Shown: positions 1 to 14,120 of the stretch, one piece after another
Layout: each line of letters opens with the position of its first letter
Numbering within the stretch: position 1 is the stretch's first letter
Source: Octopus bimaculoides
Lineage: Eukaryota
DNA: 64,000 bases
Direction: 5' to 3'
NCBI RefSeq assembly: GCF_001194135.2
Contig: NC_068988.1
Coordinates: forward strand, 89,559,329-89,623,328
Notes under the pieces: model-generated
Told to the model about the DNA's origin: nothing
Database searches by the model: none
Seen by the model: the letters and a program-made list of their open reading frames with translations, nothing else
Made by a program: the position numbers and the translations under genes

Positions 1-2368
1 TATATATATATATATATATATATATATGCATACAGATATGGGTATCTGTATATATATTTGCATAAATGTAACATGTTAATGGGCCAATCCATCGTCGTGT
101 ATGGATGAAATGGACATGTTTTTTGAATTTATATGCTCTACCTGCTGTAACTATGTGTGCGTGGGTAAGTGCAATGGATATGGTATTGTGTTTCACAATA
201 CACACACGCACAAATATATATATATATATATGATAAACATACTTACTTATAAATGCAAATATTTATACATAGGTACATGTATGTATATATGTATATGTAA
301 ATGTATTCGTATTTGTGTCTTGTGTGTTTGTGTGTGTGTGTTTGTGGTATATAAATAGGCCTACATTCAGGATGGAATTTGAAGGTAGCCTACACACTCA
401 AATATCAATTGATTTCATGATGTGCATGAGAAGTCATACTTTGCAATCATCAGTTGGAGATAGTATTTAACATCTATTTCTAAACTATGCATTACGTCAA
501 CTGGTGTGCGTTTCTAACTTTAAATGTCCCGCTCCGTTTAACGAGAAAACTATCGTAAACAATAAAAAAAGTAACTATACGAAGCATTATTGCTGTTAGA
601 AACATTAATAATGAGGTGGCTAGCAAGGCTTCTACCTAAACAGGTAATATGATATATTTGAATAAAAGAAGCGTAACACTACCGATTGCTAAAAATTAAA
701 GCGAAAGCTTCAAAAAACCACCAATACTACGATAAATACACACACTAGCAATGCAATGAATAGTTTTAAAAGTAGGCCTACCTTCAGCATGGAATTAGCG
801 TCTTAAAAACTCAATCTGCTGTGATGGGCTTATATGTGAGATTCATATTGAAATGGATTACGATATTGAAAATATTGTCACATAAGTTGTGGCCTCTGAC
901 GTCCTCATACACATTGCTAGTCCTTTACATACTAATAAATATAAGTCAAGTAACAAATATACTTCAACACAATTTCCTACGCGTGTATTTATATGTGAAC
1001 AGGTGTGTACACATTCATATATTAATGCAGAATCATAGATATGTTGCTGCTTGAGTTATATTCATATACATACATATAAATGCACACATATAGGTGTGTG
1101 CATATATGTATACACATACACAAACACACACGCATACACACACACACACACACGCACACACACACACACATANNNNNNNNNNNNNNNNNNNNNNNNNNNN
1201 NNNNNNNNNNNNNNNNNNNNNNNNNNNNNNNNNNNNNNNNNNNNNNNNNNNNNNNNNNNNNNNNNNNNNNNNNNNNNNNNNNNNNNNNNNNNNNNNNNNN
1301 NNNNNNNNNNNNNNNNNNNNNNNNNNNNNNNNNNNNNNNNNNNNNNNNNNNNNNNNNNNNNNNNNNNNNNNNNNNNNNNNNNNNNNNNNNNNNNNNNNNN
1401 NNNNNNNNNNNNNNNNNNNNNNNNNNNNNNNNNNNNNNNNNNNNNNNNNNNNNNNNNNNNNNNNNNNNNNNNNNNNNNNATATGAAAAATGTGAAGTAAC
1501 ATAAGCTACTGTAAAGAAATGAATACAGAGTATGAAGGATTTTAATTACAATCGATCCAAGGTTTTGTTTAATGCTACCAGCATTTTTCTCTTTGGAAAT
1601 AGAGAAATGGTAAGCTGATTGCAGTTGGTCATGATGTTTGTCTGTATTAATTTTAGCGAGAAAAGCTAATGGTTTCAAAAATATAGTTTATTGCTAGAAT
1701 GTACAGGGATATCAAAAGTTTATATTAAATGGTTGAGAGAAATAAGGAGCGTGCAGTGTTGTCCTTAGAAATAGTGATCATTTTTTCAATCATGTGGACA
1801 TAAAATCATCCAGTATTTCATATATCACTTTTCAAAATGACTACATTTAGAGAAGTACTGTAAACTGATATTGAGATACTTTCCAGCGACGACAATTAGC
1901 GTATTTAATTTAGTTGTGTGATGGCAACATTGGTACGTTCACATGGGTGACATTAATTATAGAGCATTAACCTTAGTTTGCTCTGCATTTTCACTTGACA
2001 TTAAATAGCTTTAACACCGATTCCAAAATATAAGCATCAAACACTCAAACTGATCACTATATCTCATCACTGCCAATACAACTTTCACCGACACTCCTGA
2101 GATCATGCTTCCCTTAGGTGTTCGAAGAAATTCTAGGGCTCTGTCATTTCTAAATCCTTCTTATAACTCACTTCTTCGCTATCCCAAGCATCTCACTATG
2201 ACTTCTTCAGCATTTTCTTGATAGCTATTGCAAATAGTGTCATTGTTGTTTCCGACAAATTTTAGTTTTAAACGGCTAAATATTTGACAACCCTGCATAG
2301 TAAAACGCGTGTTTGTGTGCATGTGTGTGTGTGTGTGTGTTTGTGTGTGTGTGTATGTGTGTGTGTGT

Positions 2369-2408
<40 letters not shown>

Positions 2409-3059
2409 CAGTGTGTGAATGTGTCTGTGTTTTCGGTGTGTATCGAGGATATTAAAACTTGTATTATCTGATTCGTTAAGCTAATGTGTCTATAAAATGC
2501 GTCTACATGATAGTCATAAGTTCATTTCAATTTTCATGCGAAAAATAGTGTTAATGTAGCATAGGAATATGGTATATAAGGTATTACTTTATTGAAAAAT
2601 TATTATGAGTGTATCTGTATGTGCGTCTCTTTTTGTTTCGTGTGTGTAGCAATCCCCTAAATACGTAGTTCACAGAAACATGTTTTACACTCTCTTTCTG
2701 TTGAACAAAACCATTATTCGCGTAAAATAATCAGCTGAATGACTCATATTGATGATATTGACAATTGTAAAGAAGTATTTATAAAATATATAAGTGCCAA
2801 ATGAAAATGGAAAAAGTGTTATCTAGAAAAAAATATTGAGTTTAATAAAAAGAAGCAAAAATTTGATAAATAGAACAAATAAGAATTTCAAGAATATTGA
2901 AGAAAAATAATTGAAGAGAAATTTATGAAAAATGAAATATGAAATTATTTCAATCAATTCTAATTCAGAATTGTGTGTCCCTAGATGATAAGTTAATAAA
3001 ATAACATTTTTATGTTTTTAATTATCTCAGAATGATTTCCATCTTAAAAACAATTCATG

Positions 3060-3760
3060 CTCTACAACTAGCATGGTAACATCACTAACATCACGGCCAC
3101 CATCGACCTCCTCTCTTCCTTCATTGCCGCTACATTTTCCAAGGACTACCGGCACAACCACTATATATACTAACACCGGCAACCGTCATTATTATCACAC
3201 GCATTTGTAATTTCCCTTCAAATACAGCTACATATCTGCCGCTGCCGACCTCCACCACCATTTCCATCACATGTCAACAGCATTCAATCCATCATGGATT
3301 TTGTAAGTGTTCCTTCATTATCATGGTCGTCATTACGCTTTTACCTAATGATCAGATCACCATTATCTTTTTCACCACCAACAACCCAGCAATCTCAACC
3401 ATCAAAATTATCACTATCCTCACTATCGTCTCACCTCCACCAATACAACCTTCTCTGACACCACCACAATACCACCGACACCAATATTTCCAACGCCATT
3501 ATTACCATCCCCGCCAACGGCTCCATCCCGACCAGCATTATCATGCTTATCACAAGCACTTTCTAATCGATCAGCACACACACCACCACCGTCACAACTA
3601 CCACCACCAAAACCATCACCTTCACCACCACCACTACCAACCACCATCACCACCAGCAGCACCAGCACCACCACCACCACCGACGCCACCACAGCCAACA
3701 CCAACACCACCACTGTCATCTTCAGCATCACCATCGTCATCACTCATTCCATACTTTTAT
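3060..3760. repeat. Decayed (CAC/CAT)n low-complexity tract
   Basis: Runs of CAC/CCA/CAT triplets; it generates the spurious His/Pro-rich ORF 3323-3763. Confidence 0.8.
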
Positions 3761-6700
3761 TAATAAATTCTGCTACGTCTCCAGTATTCATTATAGTGTA
3801 CACACACAAACCGGAAACGTTTTTCCTGCCTTACATAAGATGGCCGCCATTTACTAAAGTCAACACATTTTCATACTTCATATTTATTATAACTATATTC
3901 CATTTATTCATCATATTTTTAATTGATCCTCCCTTGGAGACGTACTCAAGTTTTATAGGAATTTTACGACACTCTATGCTAAGGTTTTTCCATGATGTAT
4001 TTCTGTTTATCAAAACTACAACACAGCAAAATAGAGAACATACTAAAATATAATCTGAAAGAATATTTTCTTTCTTATTCTTTACACAAATAGCTTTTCT
4101 ACTAATTCAATTCACTCTTCCCCTTTGAGGGTTTTCTCATGTAAAAAAAAAATCATAAACCGTTAGCGTTTCTTTTGTGAATGTACTTAGGTATGAATAA
4201 CCATACTGTATATATATGCATTAAACCACATAGAACAAATCTTACTTTCTACACCAGCACGTTCTCATTTCTATACACTTATATACGTCTATGCATGAAA
4301 CTTGCAGAAAATATGCATATATAAGTGTTTACGTATGTGTGTGTGTGTTTCTTTCTCTCTGTGTGCATGTGTGTGTATGTGTATGTGTACGTGTGAATGT
4401 GCGCGCGCGTGTGAGTGTCCACGTGTGGAGGGAAAGAGAGAGAGAAGTAGAGAAAAGCGTGTATGTAAGTTCTGGACATATATGAACGCGTGTATGAGAT
4501 TCAAGCGCATTATAGAACCATTCACAGACTAGCGATTCAGTTCATGACTGGTTCGGTTTAGGTACGTGTAATTGATAAGCTACAAAAGTGGGCAAATATC
4601 GGTACCTATCACACCTGAACGCTACTGGTGGCGAGTTGTCTGTCCATGACTTTCAGGTTTTTTAACATCCATTACTGCGATGGAGTCGTCCTGTGAAAAC
4701 CCACGATTTGAGTATGAGCAGCCGATAGTATGCGTGTATATATATATATATATATATATNNNNNNNNNNNNNNNNNNNNNNNNNNNNNNNNNNNNNNNNN
4801 NNNNNNNNNNNNNNNNNNNNNNNNNNNNNNNNNNNNNNNNNNNNNNNNNNNNNNNNNNNNNNNNNNNNNNNNNNNNNNNNNNNNNNNNNNNNNNNNNNNN
4901 NNNNNNNNNNNNNNNNNNNNNNNNNNNNNNNNNTGTTAATTTAGATGATTTTCGCTGATATCAAATTATGTTCTAGCATGTTAATTGATTTTGCTCGTCC
5001 TTACTTTTTACGATATTTTGTATTAATATATATATATATATATATATACATTTTTGCTCTCTGTCTTTGAGACCAGAAGTTAGATAGTATATATCGTTGA
5101 TTATAAATTATTTAACTTATCACGTATTCCTCATTTCGCCTTAGATCAGGTGAACTGTTAGAAGAGTTTGCATTGAATGAATGGTTTCGCTATAAATAGA
5201 TATGTTGATATGTATTTACATAAACATGACGTTATATTTACACCTAAAATTATCTATATACAACAGTATCCGTTTGCAACTAACTGCTGTTTCGCACACA
5301 ATGTATTAGCAACAAATTGACATCAATAGCTAATTTGCAGAGCCATTAGAATATGTATTGCGTGACTTATTCTGTGTCTCTGAATTCTGTCTTCAAGTTT
5401 CGCGGAGATCAATTTTACACTTCACCCACTTAGGTTCTATTGAAGTGTATCAATCCAGGTAGTGTATTGGCTGTAACGAAAGATCGATGGACAGGGTGAC
5501 TTGCACTCTATGATCCTGATCTTTACGTTCTGGGTTCAAATCGCAGTATGGTCGGATTGTGTAAATGTTTTAATCTATCTCCCATTTTTAACTCCATCTT
5601 CAAGTAACTCAGTTGTCATTAGTGGAATCACCTCTGATATATTCCTTCCGGCTAGGTTTGAGTAAACCTTCATTTTAATCGTAAACGTGGTAGTATCACT
5701 GTAATGGTTGATAGACATTCTCTTCCTTACTAAAAGATCGAAACAACTAACAACTATCCTTTCTACTCGACTGTTATCTCACAACAGGCTCACTATTTAT
5801 CAGGAGCAAACAATATCAATTTCTATGTGACTGACAGTCTTTCTACAACAAACCCTTTATCATTAGCTACCTGGAGTTCTTTCCGCTCTTACTCATTCCG
5901 TCATTTAATATGAACTATCACAATATCAAACAGTGCATTCACATATTCATCGCGACATGGTCTTTAAATTCTCCCGTATCTAGTTAAAAATTATTGGCAT
6001 GAACTACAGGAACCTTCTGTTAACAGTGATGCCTTTCATCATTGCATCGTTATTAGATTATCAGATTAACACTGGATCTAGGCAAGGAATAACATTACTA
6101 AGAAATCCCGTGTTTACATGAAATATTCTAATTTATGACGTAATAAAACTAATATAAGTATTCACATCCCATTATTGACATAGTCTTTGATGACCTGATT
6201 CATGTTGAATCACCAGCTTATCAGAGATTAATATAAAGGATAATGAAATATTAATGAACTGATGTGTTTGACTTTGTGGTTCGGAAGTTGTTGAAAGATG
6301 ATGTAGTGAGTAAAGATTGAAATTATAATATTCGGGAAATGCGCCTCGTGTAAGAAGGTGAAGAGTTAAGTGATTGCTTTTGGTGTTTGAGCCCTAAGCT
6401 GATAAGAGGATATAATTATATGATATGTGTGTGTGAAATAGTAACTAGAATCTTTTGAAGATAACAACTCAATATTCTCTGAATTATTTCCTTTCTCTCT
6501 CTCTCTTCTCAGTATTTGTCACAATCCCTATCTCTGTATGTGGAGTGGTCTGTATTTGTGTGCGTGTGTGTATGTGTGTGATAAACCACTGTCAACATAC
6601 ATAGTAACATATACTAAAACTAATGCAAATGGACTCCCAGAGAGATACATAAGCAAAGAAGTATAAAATAGTAGTGTCTATTCAAAAGCATATATATGCA

Positions 6701-8012
6701 TACATAACTATATGCAAATACATATATGTACGTATATATATANNNNNNNNNNNNNNNNNNNNNNNNNNNNNNNNNNNNNNNNNNNNNNNNNNNNNNNNNN
6801 NNNNNNNNNNNNNNNNNNNNNNNNNNNNNNNNNNNNNNNNNNNNNNNNNNNNNNNNNNNNNNNNNNNNNNNNNNNNNNNNNNNNNNNNNNNNNNNNNNNN
6901 NNNNNNNNNNNNNNNNNNNNNNNNNNNNNNNNNNNNNNNNNNNNNNNNNNNNNNNNNNNNNNNNNNNNNNNNNNNNNNNNNNNNNNNNNNNNNNNNNNNN
7001 NNNNNNNNNNNNNNNNNNNNNNNNNNNNNNNNNNNNNNNNNNNNNNNNNNNNNNNNNNNNNNNNNNNNNNNNNNNNNNNNNNNNNNNNNNNNNNNNNNNN
7101 NNNNNNNNNNNNNNNNNNNNNNNNNNNNNNNNNNNNNNNNNNNNNNNNNNNNNNNNNNNNNNNNNNNNNNNNNNNNNNNNNNNNNNNNNNNNNNNNNNNN
7201 NNNNNNNNNNNNNNNNNNNNNNNNNNNNNNNNNNNNNNNNNNNNNNNNNNNNNNNNNNNNNNNNNNNNNNNNNNNNNNNNNNNNNNNNNNNNNNNNNNNN
7301 NNNNNNNNNNNNNNNNNNNNNNNNNNNNNNNNNNNNNNNNNNNNNNNNNNNNNNNNNNNNNNNNNNNNNNNNNNNNNNNNNNNNNNNNNNNNNNNNNNNN
7401 NNNNNNNNNNNNNNNNNNNNNNNNNNNNNNNNNNNNNNNNNNNNNNNNNNNNNNNNTATATATATATATATATATTCTTACACAGACATATATGTGTGCG
7501 TGCATATGTGTGTCTGTAGGTGTGCATGCTTGTGTGCGTGCGTATGTGTGTGTATGTGTTACAATACAATTTCGAATAAAAAAAATTGCTCTTTGTTTTC
7601 GCCAACAAACGAGATGTGTAGGCTGTTGTTTTTTCTTTTTTCTATGTCTGACAACAACAATGGTTTAACACACAGCACGCTACATCATACCTCACGATAT
7701 CAGACAATACAACACCACGCTGCAGTTGATTTTTTTTCTTAATAACTTAGAACAACAATGGTGTTACACATCATACTAACCACATTGTTGAAACCGCACA
7801 ATACTACACAATAGTATAGCAGAATATGAAAGTCCATTAAAGTACATAATATCGAAGTACGCTATACGAGAAAGTATTAGAGTATACCATATCCCACAGC
7901 AATATGACCACGTGCATTATATCAAAATGCATTTTGTTAGAAAGTATGTCAGTGTATCATAACACATCACAGTATTTCTATACCATATCTCATCAGATTA
8001 TACCAGATTGTA

Positions 8013-8356
8013 TGTAAAGGTGCATGGCTCAGTGGTTAGAGCGTCAGGCTTCACAATCATGAGGTAGTAGGTTTGCTTCCTAGATCGGGCTGGGTGTTGT
8101 TTTCTTGAGAAGAATTCTTTATTTCACGCAGCTCCAGTTCATTTCATCTGTAGAAATGAGTTGCAGCGTCACTAGTACCAAGCTGTTTCGGCCCTAGCCA
8201 TTTCCTTGGACAACATCGATGGCGTGGGGATGGGAGCCTTGCATACATGGGCGACTGCTGGTCCTTCATAAACGACCTTGCCTGGACATGTGCCTTGGAG
8301 GAGAACGTTCTAGGTGCAATCCCATGGCAATTCATGACTGAAAAGGGTCTTTTTTT
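8013..8356 (+). mobile_element. tRNA-derived SINE (family C here)
   Basis: A-box TGGCTCAGTGG at 8025-8035, degenerate B-box near 8070-8080, body CTTGAGAAGAATTCTTTATTTCACGCAGCTCCAGTTCA shared with the family D heads, T-rich end. Confidence 0.8.
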
Positions 8357-10503
8357 AAAACACCAGAATGCATTGTATCACGATGCAATATAACACTGTA
8401 CTACACTAAAGTGCAACTGGCCTCTGCAAAATGGAGTAAGCTGAGATGTACTACTATATACAACGCCGCATCACACTATTGTATATTGCAGAGCAATGCA
8501 CTACTGTAAATTATTCTGTAGTGTAGTGTGTATTTTACAGCAAACAACTTGGACCTTTTAACACTGTTATAGATAGCACTACGAAAAACCACATCATGTC
8601 ATACTATATCAAGCACCTTACAACCATTCTTCCATGTCGCTATATCACAGCATATTGTATTGAATTGCCCAACGCTACATCACATTCCAAGAAGCCACTA
8701 AAAGTTATTGAAACAGCTACTAAATGAACAGTAGCAATGACATAATCAACAGCAAAGACACACCTCGAACACCATTCACCATACTAGAAATAGAAATCAA
8801 ATATTCTTCAAATCAACCCCTTGAAAAGGAAACGATGGATGATAGGTCTTTCGATTTTTCTGCACGTAAGAAAAAAAAAAAACTGGATAATAGCGGCTGG
8901 AAATTTGTTCAGCACCGGCTCGCTCAACACGAACTACCTTCAAGTTAAATAAAAGTTTATATATCGCAGCACAATATGAGCTATCTACAAACCACAATAT
9001 CGCACAAGCAAACCATGAATTATATCATAACACGGAACATCACCATACCACACTCAGCTATACAACGGGTACGACACACTACAATGTACCACATTACAAC
9101 ATATTACAGAACTACACAAGACCATACCAGTACAGCACGATATAAAACTGCACTGCAATACACCATGCTATAAAATGTAATTTCACACGACACCGCAGGA
9201 CATAGCTGCAACAACGACAATGTAAAAAAAAAAACGACGGACCTTGTTAACGTTTATAATAACATCACAATATTACAATGTATGACTGGAAGACGAACCA
9301 AACTAATGGAGTGAGCTAGAACAACAAATGATAGAAACAACGTAAAAATACACCATTACAACAATATCAACAATAATACTAGGACAACTGTAAAAGTAAG
9401 AAATTTAATTGAAAAAGCAACAAGAACATCCACATCAATACAAAATGCCATTAATTCAACAAATACCTTTATATCTGTTTTAGCATACTAATTTTACCAG
9501 CATTACCATTAACCACATTTCTGCTACTTCTTCTCCAGCTACAAAACTACTATTCTTTCTTTTCATTCATGTGCAAACAACAATTTGTCCAGAAAATGAG
9601 TGAAGGAGAGATAGAAGAGTATAAGGAGAAGACATACAGAAGAGAGAATGCTAGAGAGGTTGATGGAGTACAATAAACAATACGTTTTGAATCCATCCTG
9701 TGATTATGTTGACAAGAGAAAATCACTCTTCCAAATTAGAGATTCATAAAGTTTATACAGGTCTCTTTTGTCACCATCTAATTGCAATTAGCTCCAAATT
9801 GTTTCCCTCTATTCAAGCTATTTGCTTTAACCACGAGTCAGCCCTGTACCGCACATTAGGTCTGCATAGTTTAGTATCTGAAGAAACCCTCTCTTTATCT
9901 CTATCCACTTCCTTCCTCCATCTTTTCCTCTCTTTCTCTTTCGCTGGCCTTCCTAATGGACAGTCTATGAAGTATTTTAATGTTTGTTGTTGGAACCAAC
10001 TAAATAAATAAATCAACCACTAAATAGAATATGAAACTATAAAGTAAAACAGCCAGAAAACACGTTTTAAAATAAAATAAAGGCAGGCTAAAATCGATAG
10101 ATACTACAGATCGATACCATAAATCGTTTTGTAATCAGATGCTATATTTCATTAGCTTCGCTTTGATTAGTTATTTAATTGGTGGTGGGTGATCTGGTGA
10201 ACGAAGTAACTGAACAAAAATCCTGGTTCCATTTTCAAAAGGGATGATAATCTGTAACCAAGGGTAAGAGGGTAATTGGTGCAGAATCAGATAACTTCTC
10301 GTATTTGTCATTAGGTGTATGTCATTAAGGACTTTTAGACAGATGTGAAGAGATACATATTTAATTATATATATAAGAAGACAAGCTACAGGTAAAGAAG
10401 TTATAAAGTATATTGGCATATATGAAATTTTGTTGTAATTTACAAAAGAAATCGGTAATATAAGTGTGCAGAGATGTAGATAAATTGACTTCTATGAAAC
10501 AGG

Positions 10504-10802
10504 AAGGTGCGTAGCTTCGTGGTTAGGGTATTCGGCTCACTATCTTAAAGTCATGAGTTCAATTCCCGCTGTGTTTTTTTTGCAAGACACGTTATTTTGC
10601 GTTCCTCCAGTCCACTCAGCTAACATAAACCTGTATTTCAAAGGGCCAGATTTGTCACATTCTTAGTCCCGCTGTCTCTCTTGAGAACTACGTTAAGTGT
10701 ATGCGTGTCTGCGGAATGCTCAGCCGCTTGCATGTTAATTTCACGAGCGGGCTATTCCATCAATCGAATCAACTGGAACCCACGTCGTTGTAACCGACGA
10801 GT
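10504..10802 (+). mobile_element. tRNA-derived SINE (family D here)
   Basis: Head GTAGCTTCGTGGTTAG with B-box GAGTTCAATTCC (10555-10566). The 3' half (GAGAACTACGTTAAG...GTTAATTTCACGAGC) recurs at 61407-61550 and 63371-63692. Confidence 0.85.
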
Positions 10803-11502
10803 AAGTAAAAAGCCAAAAACACAGGACAGTAAATAGTAACTTCTTCTGGATCAGAGCCCCAGTCGTCCATGAGTGAAAATGATTTCCAGTTGCTACGAAG
10901 GCATCCACAGAATCACTAGCGCAGCTAGAGGGGCTAGAATGAGGCGGTCCACCCCGGGCGGCATTTTTATGGGAGTGGAACCACTTTTGGGTCAGTTGTT
11001 GGCAATATGTATATTTTGTGGTGGGGACTGGGGCGGCCTTGTTTGAGGACAGACAGTGCTGCCTTGTATGAATCTAGAGGATCAACTTTAGTCAACGTTT
11101 TGTCCTAATGAATAAAAAGAAATGCTTCAGTTACCACATGGTGCTGCGTCAGTAAGGGCCGGAAGATATGATACGGATGTTTCTGCAAATATGAGATTGA
11201 TATCATCGTTCCTTGCAGACAAGGCAGTCCAAATTTGCGTTTAGTTCCCGCGGCGGTTCCTCGGCTTTTTCAAATTTTACAGCAATGACCCACGTTCTAA
11301 AACAGAATAGAAAAGGCGAGAACATCCTTGACCGCCGAACAATTAATTCGAAACATATTTTGAGTGAAATATTTCGGATTCGCAGACACTCACTTAATCA
11401 GTATCGTCCACAGAAGGGTCAGATTCTCGCAAAAGGTTATTGTCATAATTCCATCGGAGGATTTCCGTATGTTGTAGGTATGGGACAAATATATTCTTTT
11501 CT

Positions 11503-11926
11503 ACTCTAAGCACAGGGCCCGAAATTTTTGGGGAGTGGAGGCAGTCGATTAGATCGACCCCAGTACGCAACTGGTACTTAATTTATAGACTCCGAAAGGA
11601 TGAAAGGCAAAGTCGACCCCGATGGAATTTGAACTCGAGACGTTAAAACAGACGAAATATCGCTGAGCATTTCGCCCGGCGTGCTAACGTTTCTTATTTC
11701 TTTATTGCCCACAAGGGGCTAAACATAGAGGGGACAAACAAGGACAGGCAAAGGGATCAAGTCGATTACATCGACCCCATTGCGTAACTCGTACTTAATT
11801 TATTGATCCCGAAAGGACGAAAGGCAATGTCGACCTCGGCGGAATTTGAACTCAGAACGTAACGGCAGACGAAGTACCGCTAAGCATATCGCCCAGCTTG
11901 CTGACGCTTCTGCCAACTCACCGCCA
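11503..11926 (-). mobile_element. Two adjacent or nested SINE family A copies with different 3' tails
   Basis: Reverse complement of GGCGGTGAGTTGGCAGAAGCGTCAGCAAGC...GTTCTGAGTTCAAATTCCGCCGAGGTCGAC...AAGTAC...GGGGTCGAT occurs twice (11693-11926, and 11503-11692 which lacks the extreme 5' head). Confidence 0.85.
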
Positions 11927-12500
11927 TGGAACACATGTATTAAAGAAAACAGGGCATAGGAACCTGTAACAGAATCGCTAATAATAGGTACTGGACAAAG
12001 TTTATACATTTCCGGCTGTTATTTTATGAATCCCATGTTATAACCAACGTATTTAACATCAACAGTCAGTCGTTATTACAGTCACCCTCGTTTTCGTTAT
12101 CGCAGTCAATGTCATGCTCAAACGTCTCCTCCTACTCCTCCTCATTATCATCATCATCATCGTCGCTGTCGATGTTGTCGACGCCTTCGCAGTTTTATGT
12201 GTCTGAAATGTTTGGCCTTGATGTTGATATCTAATTAATGTCTTCCATTTCCCATTCAAACAGATTTATGACAAGAACAGGGCAACTCTAAAAAGGAAAA
12301 CCGTGTCTTTTTAAGATTACGTTTTCTGATGAAATGTGTGTGTGTGTGTGTGTGTATGTGTCGGTGTACATACACACGCACACATACATACACAAACGTG
12401 TATGTTTGTATGTTTGTGTAGATACATAGAGGAAGAAAGAGACCGACACACAGACAGACAGGCACACTGGCTGAAAAACGGACTGAGTGAAGAGATAGAA

Positions 12501-12535
<35 letters not shown>

Positions 12536-13343
12536 NNNNNNNNNNNNNNNNNNNNNNNNNNNNNNNNNNNNNNNNNNNNNNNNNNNNNNNNNNNNNNNNN
12601 NNNNNNNNNNNNNNNNNNNNNNNNNNNNNNNNNNNNNNNNNNNNNNNNNNNNNNNNNNNNNNNNNNNNNNNNNNNNNNNNNNNNNNNNNNNNNNNNNNNN
12701 NNNNNNNNNNNNNNNNNNNNNNNNNNNNNNNNNNNNNNNNNNNNNNNNNNNNNNNNNNNNNNNNNNNNNNNNNNNNNNNNNNNNNNNNNNNNNNNNNNNN
12801 NNNNNNNNNNNNNNNNNNNNNNNNNNNNNNNNNNNNNNNNNNNNNNNNNNNNNNNNNNNNNNNNNNNNNNNNNNNNNNNNNNNNNNNNNNNNNNNNNNNN
12901 NNNNNNNNNNNNNNNNNNNNNNNNNNNNNNNNNNNNNNNNNNNNNNNNNNNNNNNNNNNNNNNNNNNNNNNNNNNNNNNNNNNNNNNNNNNNNNNNNNNN
13001 NNNNNNNNNNNNNNNNNNNNNNNNNNNNNNNNNNNNNNNNNNNNNNNNNNNNNNNNNNNNNNNNNNNNNNNNNNNNNNNNNNNNNNNNNNNNNNNNNNNN
13101 NNNNNNNNNNNNNNNNNNNNNNNNNNNNNNNNNNNNNNNNNNNNNNNNNNNNNNNNNNNNNNNNNNNNNNNNNNNNNNNNNNNNNNNNNNNNNNNNNNNN
13201 NNNNNNNNNNNNNNNNNNNNNNNNNNNNNNNNNNNNNNNNNNNNNNNNNNNNNNNNNNNNNNNNNNNNNNNNNNNNNNNNNNNNNNNNNNNNNNNNNNNN
13301 NNNNNNNNNNNNNNNNNNNNNNNNNNNNNNNNNNNNNNNNNNN

Positions 13344-13375
<32 letters not shown>

Positions 13376-13739
13376 ATTGAAAATGCACATGATACACATT
13401 CTGAGGCCCCTTTCATAATCTTTCATCTTCACCAAAAATTTAGTGCATCTGCGTCATGTTTACCTCAGTGTATCATACATTTCTTATGATATTTTTCATT
13501 AGATCTAATAGAATTTTTTTAAAAATTGATTGACCTCCCTCTGCTAATTATAATGCCATAAACCACGTAGTCACTCCTTATACCATTAGTTGTGAATACT
13601 AACTAATAATATATTGCAAGCGTTTTTACTTACGGGAACACTCCTCTAATGTGTATTATACTCTGCCATGAGAATTTTCCCTTCTAATAGGCTACTGCCG
13701 AATCAACCACTGTTATTCCATCAAATAGTTTGCTACTTG

Positions 13740-14120
13740 TTTAGCGAAGAGCTGATAGAATCATTAGCACTCTGCGCAAAATTCTTAACAGCACTTTGTC
13801 TGTCTTTATGTTCTTTGGTTCTTTCAGTCTTTCAGGGTCAATAAAATAAGTAGTAGTTGAACACTGGCGTCGATATGATAGACTTATTTCCTCCCTCAAA
13901 TTTACTGGACTTTCAAAACCAAATTTTGCTTTATTGTAAGGCGGCGAGAAGGCAGAATCTTTAATACACTGGGCAAAATGCTTAGAGGCTCTTTGTCCAC
14001 CGTGCTTTCTCTTTCATCCTTTATAAATCAATAAAATAAGGACTATTTGAGCACCAGAGTTTATTATTCGACTTATGAACACTCGCGAATGTGCAGGCCT
14101 TGTGCCACACTTTGCAGCCA
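13740..14120 (+). mobile_element. Two decayed head-to-tail SINE family A copies
   Basis: GCGAAGAGCTGATAGAATCATTAGCAC and GTAAGGCGGCGAGAAGGCAGAATC heads; GTCAATAAAATAAG cores; CTTGTGCCA-type tail. Confidence 0.7.

Noticed and set aside
3323-3763. His/Pro-rich 146-aa ORF
   Set aside because: It is a translation of decayed CAC/CAT repeats, with no splice or domain support.
6060-6210. NTGSRQG...VFDDLI resembling RT motifs
   Set aside because: Too degenerate, with multiple stops and frame changes, to support a call.
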